DNA of 63,868 bases, filler included, from Licmophora abbreviata (lineage: Eukaryota), in the NCBI GenBank assembly GCA_900291995.1. It is 13 parts of 13 records of this genome, joined end to end, with 100 filler letters (N's around TTAATTAATTAA, not from the genome) between each part and the next. Parts side by side here need not be neighbours in the genome. Positions count along the whole stretch, not along the records: positions 32,403 to 35,918 come from OLMU01003940.1; positions 36,019 to 47,481 come from OLMU01003941.1; 11 more parts are not named here. One strand, given 5' to 3'. Under the pieces are notes generated by a model. The model searched no databases. It was not told the DNA's origin and saw only the letters and a list, made by a program, of their open reading frames with translations. Shown piece after piece: positions 34,034 to 46,627 of this stretch; positions within the stretch are counted from its first letter, which is position 1; the number at the start of each line of letters is the position of its first letter. Made by a program: the position numbers and the translations under genes.

Positions 34034-34239
34034 ATAGTCTGTAGGAGAGAGGCGAGTGAATGCATCTTTGGAAGAGTTGGAGTAAGAAGTAGACGTGATG
34101 GTACTGTAACAGAGACTGTTAGAGCCGACAGCGTTGATGACCGTCTGTAGGGTTAGGGATAAGAGTTGTCACGTTCCAAATTTCGTGAGACAAGACTACA
34201 AACTACTCGAGTACGACAGAACAGGCCCACAAACTGACA

Positions 34240-37200
34240 ATGGCGACGACGACGACACACGAATCCACTTCATCGCGCCGTCCATCATCCCCGTCTGCGA
34301 GGGCAATTTGCTCCATCTGGATGCCCAACAGTATCGTTGGAAACGCGGACTGTAATGAATCAGTATTGCTGAAATTCGAGAACCATCAAGAGATTGGGCG
34401 ACGAGAACTACTCACGTGCATGCAGCGTGCGTGCTATCATCATCCTGCGGGTGCTGATAGCAGCAACGCACGACGGTGCCGACCGCGAGGCTGCTGCTAT
34501 TCCAAGATGAAGGAGTGGAGATCATTTTTGAAGCGCGGTGACATGTTAAAGGTCTTTTTGGATGATCTGGACGGGAGGGTTCATTTGCGAGTGCACGGAG
34601 AAAACGCGGCCATGATGGTACACGTCAACGATGACAAGGTCGTCTTTCGTGTTGCGGGATACCACGACTGGTCGGAGAACTCGGTTGCGATTCCAGAGGG
34701 CACTGTCATTCGTATTCAGCATCCGAACTATCCGGAGGCTGCATTGGAGTATCGCGTGCTGGAGAATCCGGCAGAGTTGGATGAATCAGTGACAAAGCAA
34801 TCGTCGTCACCATCAAAGACCACAGCAGCAGTGAACCCTAATGAAGACGATGGCTCATATTGTAAGAGTGACAACATCGCTGCGGTGGTACAGGCCGAGC
34901 GCATCCCAGCTTTTATTCGTACGCCATCGGCAACGCGTGCAACGAACACCGACGACGACGATGCCGACGACGACGATGCAGCGCCAGGGACGCAAGATTT
35001 GCTTCGACGGATCGGTGACAGCATTACGCGGGACGAAGATAAAGAAGAGGAACAAATACTGCTACGAATAGATTGTGGTGGGTCGAATACAGCAAATTCA
35101 ACTTCACCAAGTGTCATCGTCGTCAACAATGATGCTGATCTTCGGTCTGGAACGAACGTTGTGAAGCCCCCATCTGTGGAGGACCCTCCCGTTGATGATA
35201 TTAATGAGGCGTGTCAGGATGCAGCCGATTTTGTGGTACGCGATTCTACCAGACATAGAGCTTGTGAGCTGGATGGTGACATGAAGCGGACAACAGCTCT
35301 GGGCGAGAATAGTCAAGATAGCAGCGTCGTTCCGCCTTTTCCATGCTCGGTTTATTTCGTTTCGCTCGGGAGAAATCTTCCACCGAAACGTGTGGAGATT
35401 TTGATGAGAAGAGCCGAGGCTTTGGGAGCTAGTATTACAAATGACTTTCTACATTCGACGCACGTTGTTCTGGATGAAAGTCTCGAGGGAAATGCTCCGT
35501 CGGTCGCGGCGTATCTGGGATATCGGAATGCTGCAGAGTTGAAGTTTGTTCTCGACGAGGTGAGGTGCCATGCTATTGGCTGTGAGCGGGAAATGTGCTT
35601 TTGGACAATATCGTGCAACTCACTTGGGGCTTGGTTGACTGACTCTTCTACAGCGCACTATTCAGCCTGTAAAGGCCCGGTGGATTGCCAAGGCGGGCGA
35701 AAGGTTGCTAGCGCCGAGACTAGACGAGCTATGGAATGGACTTGCTCTGGTACAGGGCAAGGTATGATGCGATTACCGTTATTATCGAGGAAACGACGCT
35801 ATTTTGAATAAATCTACTAACCGTCCTGCCTCCTGTTTCCACTGGATGCAGAAACGCAACAGAACTGGCAATCGCGACGCAAGCGGCTCCAAGCACCCGA
35901 AACGGCCCGCCAGCCGAGNNNNNNNNNNNNNNNNNNNNNNNNNNNNNNNNNNNNNNNNNNNNTTAATTAATTAANNNNNNNNNNNNNNNNNNNNNNNNNN
36001 NNNNNNNNNNNNNNNNNNCCGGCGAAAGCCCGCCCCTGAGGAATATGGCCTTGTCGGAACTTTTCTTGAATATATCAAAGTGCTATCAAAAGTATGGCAT
36101 CGATGGTCGTGATGAATGGGGGCAATACGCGTTCAACAAGGCGGCAGGCCGCTTGAGGCATCTTGACTTTGAAATAGTGAACGACAAACATGTCCTTGCT
36201 CGAGTCGCCAAAGTGCCTGGCATTGGAGATTCGACCATGAGAGTGATAAAGGAGTGGGTTGATAAGGGGACATGCTCAAAGATGGAAGGGTTCAAGAACG
36301 ATCCACATCGTCGAGCTGTCAAGGCGTTTAAAGACATTTGGGGCGTGGGGCCAGCAGAAGTGAGTGATGATGGGGCAGTCTTTCATCTCGTGTCTCTCTC
36401 TCTCTATGTGTGGGGTTCCTCACTGTTCATTCCTCCGTTTCAACTCACCCTGACTTAGGCTGAAAAGCTCTATGCAAACGGATATAGAACAATTGAAGAC
36501 ATTCGTGCCGCTATTGCTACGAGCAAACTCCGTCTCTCACGGAATCAGCAAGTGGGCGTGAAGTGCTACGAAGACTTACTCGACCACATGAGCCGTAGCG
36601 AAGTGGAAGCCATTGGCGAAGTCGTCAAAACTGCGATTGTGGACTTGATTCCAGGTGCCAATGTGCTAATCATGGGAAGCTATCGCAGAGGCAAGTCTTC
36701 ATGTGGTGATATAGATCTCCTGATTACGCATCACGACCACGTAGCGACAACACCCTATGGTGCACTCGGCAAGATTGTCGATCGCCTTCGGAACGAGGGG
36801 CACATGTCTTATCATCTTACAGAACCAGCGGGCATGACTACACTGCCGGATCCCGATCATGAAACTAATACGTTCCACGAGATCGCCTCACCGTCCAAAT
36901 CACTCCATCTCCGCGAACACGAGTCGTCTCAAATGTACATGGGAGTCATTCGTTCGCCCGTTGCACCCCACCGTCAACGTCGAATCGACATCAAATTTTA
37001 CCCCTACGGCGAACGAGCCTTTGCTTCCTTGTACTTCACGGGCAATGGCTTCTTCAACCGAAGCATGCGTTTGTACTCCAAGGAATACAAGAAAATGTCG
37101 CTCAACGATCACGGTTTTTTCCCGTCGCCGCGGGAAGTGCTCAGAGTAGGAACGTCCGGAGACCAATGGAACGACTGCCGATTGAAGCCGATACGGAAAG

Positions 37201-37354
37201 GCAAGTGTTTGGTGTTTTGGAGTTGGAGTACAAAGAGCCGACGGAGCGCGACTGTTTCGATGCGGTCATTCCCAAGAACGGAGAGAGAATCAGGGAGTAC
37301 AAGCAGCACGAAGTCACTGGAGAAGGCAGGCACGATGTCAAGTGGGTCGACTGA
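34240..37354 (+). CDS. DNA polymerase X family (Pol lambda/mu-like) with BRCT and possible N-terminal FHA-like domain; spans linker gap; frameshift near 37115
   Basis: BRCT (VYFV...LGASI...THVVL...VKARWI). HhH VPGIG and IWGVG. GSYRRGKSSCGDIDLLIT, RRIDIK, LYFTGNGFFNRSMR, SLNDHG, TERQVF..LELEYKEPTER. Introns about 35560-35653, 35762-35851 and 36360-36458. Confidence 0.9.
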
Positions 37355-37419
37355 GCATTCATAGTATTAGGAGCGAACCAATCGTCCAGACTGCCTTTCC
37401 TACGCTTTCTTTCCTCTAT

Positions 37420-38287
37420 TCACCGTTTTCGCTTCTTCCTGTCACGTGTCCGCGGCTCGTCGGCCGCGACAATCTTGCGCATTCGTTCATTGCCACCCAC
37501 TTTCTCTTGCACGTACTTGTCGAGCTCTGCAAAGGTAGTCTCATTTATGGCATCGACATTGATTTCCATGTGCTCTGCGGGCGTAGTGTCGACCTGCTCG
37601 AGTGCTTCGGGACACTGCAGCTCGATTGTGGTAATGACGTGCGCCAGCTCCATGCCGGACAGCAAGAAGATGCCCGAGCTAAAGCGCGCCTTGGAATCGA
37701 GATTCGCAGTGGTAGCGGCGGCGGGAGAGGATCGTCGTCTCGCGGCGGGCTTCCTCTCACTCACTGCGTCATCCTCCTCAAAAGTGGCTTCCTCCTCTTC
37801 CATGTCCTCGTCCGACTCCTCCGGCTCACCGACTGGAGGAGAGAGATCGTGTGTGTAAGACGGACGGACGATGTCAAGCGAAATAGTGAAAGCAAGAGTT
37901 TAGAGCGACCCTAAACACTATCCCATGCGGCGCAATCGGCACAATAGACGTACACTCGTTTCGAACCTTCTTGTACTTTTCCTCGAAGCGCCGCGACAAC
38001 GACTTGGCTAGCATCCAAAAGTCGCTGCCCTCCATGTTGTAGGTGCAGGCGTTGACCCAAATGAGTCGAATGTCATTGGCGCATTGGAGATGGTTTTTAT
38101 ACTGCCTGCGTTCTAGTTTCCGCTTGACGGTCCCCAAATCCATCATCTTTTTGATAATCTTGGGATAATCGTAAAGTTCCAGGCCCCTCCAGTCTACGGG
38201 TTCCCGAAAGGGCCCCGTGTCGCTTCGGTTCATGAGCGAATTGACGAGCTTGAGCATTTTCTTCAGCGCGGGGTCTGTTGGAGCCAT
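37420..38287 (-). CDS. Bromodomain + NET/ET-domain protein (BET/GTE-like)
   Basis: PFREPVDW..L.LYDYPKIIKKMMDLGTVK...DIRLIWVNACTYN. Intron 37833-37953. ET-like KARFSSGIFLLSGMELAHVI...EINVDAI...ELDKYV. Confidence 0.88.
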
Positions 38288-38657
38288 GTTTCGACTACAA
38301 ACTACGTTCGCAAGGGTAAAAGAGGGGAAGAGAGTTAAAGAGAGTCCAAGGCCGGCGAGAAACAGGCTGAGAATCGAACTGACGCCGCTGCTCTCTCGGT
38401 CGATGTGGTTACGAGTAGAGTGAGCGTGATGAGCAATGAGATCGAGTGTCGCGGTCACGCAGGAGTTGAGTCTTCATTGGAGCTCGTGGAGCTCGAGCTG
38501 TGTTGGTTGGTACATACAAAAGACGCGTAGCTTTCACGTGGTTTGAAAAACATCGCAACGAAAAGAAAACAAAATCTTATCCACAATGAGCATCGCAACA
38601 AAGTAAGCGTCAGGCAGGGCTCATTTTGTTCTTCGTTCTTTCTCTTGTCGGCCCCAT

Positions 38658-39448
38658 ATGCTCTGCGCTGGTGTCTTCTGGCTGTTCTTGCTCCTTTGGA
38701 CGAAGTCTGCCTCCTCTCTTAGCAGCAGCAGTGCCAGGGACAGCGGAACAATGTCTACTTCGTCCAAAACGACATCACTGCCGCGCTGGTTCCAGCACGA
38801 GATCAGCGTTACAGCTCCTTCCCGCGGCTGTCATTTGATCACCTCGGACATCCACAAGGCCATACAGAAAGACCTCTCTCAGATCAACATTGGCATGTGC
38901 AATTTGTTTATTCAGCACACGTCAGCCTCTCTCACAATCAACGAGAATGCCGATCCTGACGTGAGGCGGGACATGGAGGTTGCTCTGAACAAGTTAGTGC
39001 CTGCGCAGTGGGTTCGCGATGGAACCTTTCAGCATACCATGGAGGGGGACGATGATATGCCGGGACATGTCAAGAGTAAGACCTTGTATTTATCATGTTG
39101 CGTCGTTCTGTCGTACTCCTATTCTTCATCACGGACATCTTATGTGCTTCTGTATTTCATACTATCATACTTCTCTTGTAGGTTCAATCATGGGAGCCAG
39201 TCTCAATATTCCAGTTGAGTCAGTCCAGGATTATCCGACGGGATACCTGCAATGTACTGCTGCAATGTGTGAGTGCTTTTCTCACACTGCTCTCTTGCTT
39301 GCTTGTCCAATCTCTTCTCTAGATTCGCAAAGGCCAATTGGCGCTTGGGACCTGGCAAGGCATTTACTTGAACGAACATCGCGATACCGGTGGGTGGGGA
39401 GGAGGACACAACCGGCGCATTCTCATTACATTGCAAGGACAGTCGTAG
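38658..39448 (+). CDS. YjbQ/UPF0047 family protein
   Basis: [47 protein letters not shown]. Introns 39076-39181 and 39214-39322. Possible N-terminal signal peptide (alternative start 38751). Confidence 0.9.
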
Positions 39449-39557
39449 TATCAAGTATTGGTAGCATAGCGTCTCGGATAATGCAGTCGATTTACAGTGA
39501 ATGGAGACCTACTCGTGTCTCTACCATACCATAGCTTCGTGTACTCAATTATTGTTG

Positions 39558-39977
39558 TTACCTGCGCCTGGCTCTCGCCGAATACTCTTCTCCCAGTTCC
39601 ACTGCATTTGGATCGTCATTTTTGAACAGATCTGGGTCATGCTGATACGTTCCATTGTTGAAATTCCATTTTGGATCCTTGCCGACATCCCTCGACCCAC
39701 TGTTCAGGAATGGCCCTCGTCGGATTTGAGCCTGCGTGAGGGCGTCATCTTTCGCATTCAGTGGTCCAATCCAGTTCATGGCCCAGAAAGGAATGCTGGC
39801 TGCGAATCCAGTGAATGCTACACACCCGATCAGCACGTTTCGTCGTTGCCGGGCCTTGTCGGAAGACGTAAATGATGCGGTCTTGCCTCGTGCTGCGGTG
39901 GTGGTCGAGGACGGCTTTTTCTGGACGTGTCGCAACAGTTCTCTAGTCACTTGGGGAGGCAGTTTGTTGGGTGGCAT
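39558..39977 (-). CDS. Small single-TM conserved hypothetical protein, probably mitochondrial
   Basis: Basic N-terminus, TM RRNVLIGCVAFTGFAASIPFW, and motif QIRRGPFLNSGSRDVGKDPKW. Confidence 0.7.
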   Translation of the reverse strand: MPPNKLPPQVTRELLRHVQKKPSSTTTAARGKTASFTSSDKARQRRNVLIGCVAFTGFAASIPFWAMNWIGPLNAKDDALTQAQIRRGPFLNSGSRDVGKDPKWNFNNGTYQHDPDLFKNDDPNAVELGEEYSARARRR

Positions 39978-40231
39978 GGTCAATGTGGTGATCGAATAGA
40001 CAAATGCAACGAGCAGTCTTTGGATACGGAACGAACGCGACGACGTTCAGGACATGGTCGTGAGTGTGATGTGTGAGAGTCAGTCAGTCAGAGTCAGTCG
40101 ACAGCTTTTGCGGTGACGAGCTATTCGTCGTCGGAGCTCGCCAACATTCAAACCGACGTTCGCGCCACCTCGGCGTATTTTGCCATACTTCTAGAAATGC
40201 AATCCTAGTTTCCTAATCGTGTTGACCATTT

Positions 40232-43200
40232 TTAAGCTGCAATTCCCTGTGATAGGTATTGGAAGTAGTCATACTGCTTGGTCCCGTAAGACGTTGTAGC
40301 TTGCTTGATCAGATCGAGTGCAAACGCCACCGTCGCTTGCTTGTCAAAGTCTGGAACGAATCGCTCCCTTAGCTTGGATACCACTTCTTCCGCATCGCGC
40401 CCCTCAAAGCACTTGAAAGAGCTTTCGTGACACGTAATGTCGACAATGGTAGCAAAGGTATCCACGTGCTCTCGCAATGCCAAAAAGCCGCAGCAAAATA
40501 ATGTAACAAACTCGGAAAAGAGGGGCGACTCGAGGCCACCCATGACGTCCAGCATCTCCTCGGTGATCTTAAAAGGGGTAGATAGCTCGAGGCTAAATGA
40601 GCCACCAGGAGCCACACCGAAGACAAATCCAAAATCGATATGAATAACATGTCCAGCCGTGTCGAGTAAGATGTTTCCGTTGTGACGATCCTTGAACATG
40701 AACAAATACGACAACAGTGAATAGGCTGCGAGACTCTTGACAAAGTTCTTTTGCATCGACAGGAATGCCTCGTCCGGGTCGGCGGTGAATTCTGTCATTC
40801 GCTTCAAATGCTGTCGGAGCCCTCCTCTACCGTAGCCTGGTCGTTTCTTGAGAGCGTCAAACGACATGGCGTTCCGTACCATTTCAATGATACCTGTCGT
40901 CCTACCGGTCGCGAGGATGCGATAAGGATGCAACCAGAGTTCAAGACCCGCCATTTCGAATGCCTCCTGACAGAGTTCAATGAGCTGCATCACAAATGCT
41001 TCTTGACGAAGGTCGTCGTTCGACTTGACGATCACACCCATGAGATCCCAGCCTGGCAAGGATCCTTCTGGACTAGATGCTGCGATGCGTGCCTTCTTCT
41101 CAGCCCATCGTTCGCCAAACGCGAAGCGGCCCCAAAAGTTGGAGTCCTCAATGAGTTTGTCGGTATTCTTGGAAGCTACAATCTCCGACTGCCGAATGAA
41201 ATTCAGGTCCTTCTTGACAAGTTCCAGCACTTCCCCGTTCGACACGACGCCAGCTTTCCACAGCGTCAGAGCCGAGAGAACAGCAGGGGGCAGAGAGCCG
41301 CAGCCAACAAGACGAGGGTCAACGTCCCCAGCTTGAATTTCAATTACATCACCCTTGTCGGAAAAACCCTCCTTCTCCGAGTCGGGGCTCCTAGGAGAAA
41401 CATTGAGTACCGACGAGGAATACCTAGACATAGCAGCAGCCGCAGTCTCAGGTGTCATTTTCCCCTGACCGACGCGATTCTGTAGCAAGAGGAGTCGCAG
41501 CGCTTCCATGGCCTCGTCCTCTTCAGTCGGTGCTTCCGTCTTACTCTCTTCCAAAGTTTGCTCAATAGACGCTTGATCGAATCCCATTTCTTCCAGTTTC
41601 TTCCTCGACACTTCGACATCAACATGGCGAGTTCTGTCAGGCTTGGAATCAGCTTCATTTTCCGCCTCGGCCTCGTCCTCACTATGAAGGATCAAGTCAA
41701 CGGCACGTTTCCGATCCAAATCCTGCAAACTGCGTTGAGCCGCGGCGGCAGCCCTAGACGCAATGGCATTCGCACCGTGAATTCCTTTCATCATTATTGT
41801 CGTAAGAACCTCTCGTCGAATCGAGTCGTTAGGGGAGGATCCCAAGGCATCACCCACGTCTCCCGACGAAGCAAAAGCCGACATTTTTCGTGAGTTCCCG
41901 GAGGAGAAGGAGCCGTTCAAACGTGAGGTTCGAGGCGAGCTTGTTTGGTCGACTGACGCTTTAGCTGTCGATGGTGGCTGCTCATCTACCCCGTTTACCT
42001 CTTCCTCGCCACCGTCGTGTGTGCTCTTGACCGAATCCTCTCCATCTTTGTCCAGGGCCGGCAAGTCCAACTGCATGTGTAACGCTGTATTCACAAGTTC
42101 TTCAACAGTAGCCTTCGTGGGGGTAGAAGGAGTTGCGGTTTGGTCATCCTTTGGTGGAAGCGTGGAATCGAATCGTCGTAACTTTCCAAGCGCTGACAAT
42201 CAGAGGCGCAACGTGGCGTTAGAAACATTTCTCCAGCCTATACACACCAAATACGCAATTGGGAACGTACCTCTTGGGGAGTGAGTAAGCATGAGTGACG
42301 AAGAGACGTCTGAGTCGGCACCGGGGTCCAGAACGTAGCGAGAGTCGCCTTTCTCTTCTGTCTTGACAGTGAGAGCTTCTGCTTTCGCAAGGGAGTCGCT
42401 GTCTGCGCCACCTTCAGCGACTTTCTGCACATGGCTCTCCGACGCATCGCCGGCATCTGCCTGTATTAACGCAGCGGCGACCTCGACCCTCTCTTTAGCT
42501 TGCTCTATAGTTACCCCTTCAGCTTCCAGAGCGGGGACAATAGCTTCAGCCGCTGTCGTCTCTTCCTGAGAAGCCGTGGACTCAGGCTTTGAAGATGCTT
42601 GCATGCCTGCTTCGCTGTAGGCCCTGGGCGATTCCAGCCCTTGTTCGTTTTCGTTCACCTCCGCTTCCGCTGCACCGTTCTCGTCCGAGGGCTCGCTCTC
42701 CGTTTCCGCAGAGCTTTCTCCCCCACTTGTTACAGCTGAACTATCAACCTCATTTTCCTCGTCGTCTTCGCTGTTCGACGACAGATCAGTGCCGGCTGCC
42801 TCTGTCTGCTCGGGCATTTCACCTGCAGCTGTTGGCTTTGGTTTCTTTTCGCTGCCTTCGTCTGAGCTTTCGTCTGGCATCTCCACGTCTACAGCATACT
42901 GATCAGCACGCATGGTGACAGTTTCTGAACCCGAATATTCGTTCGCTTCGTCTTGGCTCACGGCGGCCGCGCGTTCTTCAACATTTTCAGTCTTGTTTTC
43001 GAGATCGGAGTCTTGCATCTCGTTTTCTGCTCCATCTTGTAACAGCTCCATGAGCAACAAGACGGGCGTGCGCTCCTTGCTTCGAAACACATGCCCTTCT
43101 CGTGATGGAACGCGAACAACACGAATCAAATCGGTGCAGACTCGATTCAACGGATCGCCGCCCATTCCCCCAGATGAGTTGATGGACATTAGTTCTTTTT

Positions 43201-45094
43201 GAAGCACCGAAGCTCGTGTTTCAACCTCCATGAAACGAAGACGTTCCGCAATATCACACAGTCGTCTAGTAAACGACAAGTGTGAAGAGAAGTAGTCCGC
43301 ATTCCGGGCGATGCGCAAAGCCTCCTGCGCCGCTTCTTCGGGTGGCAATGTTTCCTTGCCATTTGTTAATTTTTCAATCCGAACCGAGCGCGTCAAAGAG
43401 GGAACACCTTGACGAAGGCCTTGCAGCTTGATCATCGCCTGCCGCAGGAGCGTCACCTGATGAGGAGCTGGTGATAGCATCCTGCGCAAGCTTACGCTCC
43501 CCCCGCCCCATCCATAGTCAAAGTCAAACAGCAAGGACTCTAGCTCACAGACGAAACGGAGGACCGAGAATCGTCTTCTTCGGCATGAAGCTCCACAAGT
43601 TGTCCCATGTAAGCTATCTTCCAAGTCCGCCACGTGACCCCATATCAGCTCCAACGCCAGCTGCACAGAGTACTTGACTGACACTGTCAGTAGAAAATCT
43701 TCCAGCATATCGACTCGCGCCAGCTCTTGTGTATTCTCCGGCGGCAACATGCGTAAGTGGATACACCGTAGCTGTGGCCAAAAGAAAGCAACCGAGGAGA
43801 TATCTCCTTCTTCGCAAAGATCGAGAAAGAAATCCAAGATATACGACAGCATATCCGTGTCATAACTTCCCTGGGCATGGTCTTGCAACAATTTCATAGC
43901 AGAACCCATGTCTCCAGCAACTCGAAATGCCTGCTTCTTCAATGAGCCGACTTCTAGCTCTTCTTTCGATTGTCCCTGCTGGAGCCCTTCTAGAAACTCC
44001 GCTGGAGCCCCGCCCTCCTCGAGTCGCAGACAGCCCACTTCCAACGGCGGAGAGCTGCGACGATAGGTGATGAAATTGGGAGACTGAATCAATTTCAAGA
44101 GGGCTTCTGTTGACGCAGCCGGAGCAAACAAGATGTCCTCGTCTTCGGTCTGCGCAGTCTCCAAGCTCACGTCCCGCATCGGCGCCCTATTTTGTTCGAC
44201 TGCTTCATTGCACAGTTCTCGTGCCGTCTCCAAAGCTTTCTGTTCGTACGCTTGGATTTCGTACAAGTCCGACAAGCGCTGTACATCCAGCAGCAGTCCC
44301 TGGCTCGTCCAACATTCAACACAAACGTCACATTTCGTCTCGAGTCCATAGTGAGGCAGTGGCGAGCTCAGGAGCTCGCTGCTCGTGAGACCGGTCTTTC
44401 CACAAGAATGACAGTACAGGTGTTGGGCATTGCGGGACTGAGCAAAGACCCCACGACGGGATTTCGTCGACTTGGGTGAGGGTGGATTTAAGAGCGATTT
44501 GGTCGGTTCATCAACAGCTTTCGACACGCTCGATGCATCCAAACTGGCTTCCAATCCCGCATGCAATGCCGCTAGCCAACAGTCGCGATCAGGGGCCGTC
44601 GGAGTCGAGCAGTAAATGTGCGTTCCTTGAAAAGTCACCATACGGAAGGACATATCCTTACTGCTACCTGCAGTCTCGGAGGCTGTCGTGCTGGTAGTGT
44701 TCCATGCACTGGCTCCAACAATGCGAAGAACCGACTGCGTGGCCAAGGAAGATCGGCGTGGGGGAAAGGCAAAACCATTGTGAGAAAGTCATCAATCTTC
44801 TTACTTATTTCAATCCAAAATTAGAGGTTTCGTCCCAGTCTCATTGTGTGTCTTATTTGTACTCACCGTAGGGTGATCCCCTCGTTTAAAAGCTTGAAAG
44901 TCCGCGTAACACGTCATGGTCACTCCCACCAAGACACAGAAATCAAATGTCTTGTTGGTCTTCGAGGAACGACTGCTGTTTGCATCTTGTTTTTGCTTTC
45001 GATGCGCCGACTGGGGAACTCCACACACGTACTGTCGCCACAGCGATCCACTGCACACGCCGTGAGCGCGTTGCGTATGCGGCGAGGCCGTCAT
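40232..45094 (-). CDS. Phosphatidylinositol 4-kinase (type III beta-like) with N-terminal PH domain
   Basis: Catalytic KSNDDLRQE, KDRHNGNILLD, HIDFGF, PFKIT. PIK-helical FFWPQL, FRSKERTP. PH-like CSGSLWR...DRDCWLAAL. Introns 44735-44866 and 42193-42270. Start probably 45094 (frame is open to 45298). Confidence 0.9.
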
Positions 45095-45296
45095 GGTCGT
45101 ACACGAGGCTTCAGGAACGGCCCAGTCACATGGCAATGCGCTCGCAAGAGTCACATTCCAAATTTTGTTGTGGCATCTCCATTTGGAGAGATATGACGTA
45201 AGGGTTCGGCTCAGACGAACGGGAAGATGAGATGCGAGAGCTCGAGACGAGGAGCTCGATGATGTGGAATGTGACGATGGCAAAGAAGCATGCACC

Positions 45297-45742
45297 ATGA
45301 CGGCGGATGATGGCGCAAACGGCCTCAGTGATGGCGCTGCAGTTCCTACGCCACCACTAGAGGAGGACCCTTCTCGTGCCTTGGCGAACTGGTGAGTCGT
45401 TGAAGACGGCGAAAGCTGAAATGGTTTTGAAACGCCTCGTCATCAACATTGAACATCGCCATCATCGTCCTAAGACCATAACAAGCTTTCCTCTTCTACT
45501 CGTTTTCGTTCTACTCTAGTTTACTCTCTCAGTATTACTTTTGCGCGGGAGGCCTAGGGACAGGGGTCGCCTATACGATGCGGACGAAAAAGGGTCGCTT
45601 CATGCCCATGATGGTGGGTGGGACTGTGGGGTCACTGGCAGACGTCCTCTACGCGCACACTGTGACATGTGTTCAGCAAGTCGAAGCATACCACAATAAT
45701 AACAATAGACAGACAGAAGGAAAAGCGGAACAGAGAGAGTAG
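45297..45742 (+). CDS. Small two-TM hypothetical protein (about 105 aa), not in the ORF track
   Basis: Exon 1 45297-45391, GT-AG intron 45392-45519, exon 2 45520-45742. Product MTADDGANG...EEDPSRALANCLLSQYYFCAGGLGTGVAYTMRTKKGRFMPMMVGGTVGSLADVLYAHTVTCVQQVEAY...RE*. Confidence 0.7.
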
Positions 45743-45795
45743 AATTGTAATCGACGATCTATAAGGCTGCATGAAATGATAATAAAAAAGTGATG

Positions 45796-46551
45796 TCACC
45801 GCTTCCATCCTTTCGCAAACTTGGCGGCGGCATATTGAACGCTCTTGGTTACTCCCGCAGTCAGTAGTCCCTTGGCGGTCTGCTTTCGGGCAGCCGGTCC
45901 AACGATATCGTGTTGCAACACATGCGTGAGTCTTTGCGGTGTGCGACTGCTACCACAATCTACCCGCTCTCGGACACGCCGTGGCACGTGTTCCCACAGC
46001 GCGGCTTGCGTTGCGACACACGTTGGATCCCACTCTATGATTCCATCCTCGCCGTCGTTGCTTTTACTACTGCATGCACGATGGATCAGCCCCTGTCCAT
46101 GTAATTTCTGGATTGCATCTCCATACAAGCTATCGAATCTCTGCACTTGTCCGTTGGACCCCATCACCAGTTTGACAATCTTGTCGGGATCTTCACCACC
46201 GACACTCATCCGAACATCACCGGCATAGCTCAGTTGAGCAATCTGTTGATAGAGTGTAGTGAGTGGGATGGATGCTCTGTCTTCTTGTCCAGCTTGCTGC
46301 TGCTGCTGCATCGAACCAAGTTGCAACAGTGCCGCCCCCAGTGCTGCGGGCAGGTTGCGTGTGTATTGGAGTTCTTGCATTTGTTCTTTCTCGCGGACGG
46401 CGGTGTCGTTGGAAGTAGTCTCAATCAGTATGGTTGGTTTGTGCATTCGTCCAGCAAGATACAAGTAGGTCCAGTCCTCCAAGTCTTGTACGACACGTCG
46501 ATGTTCGACCACACCGTACTTGATGAAGCGACTGCCGTTGCTGGTAGCCAC

Positions 46552-46627
<76 letters not shown>

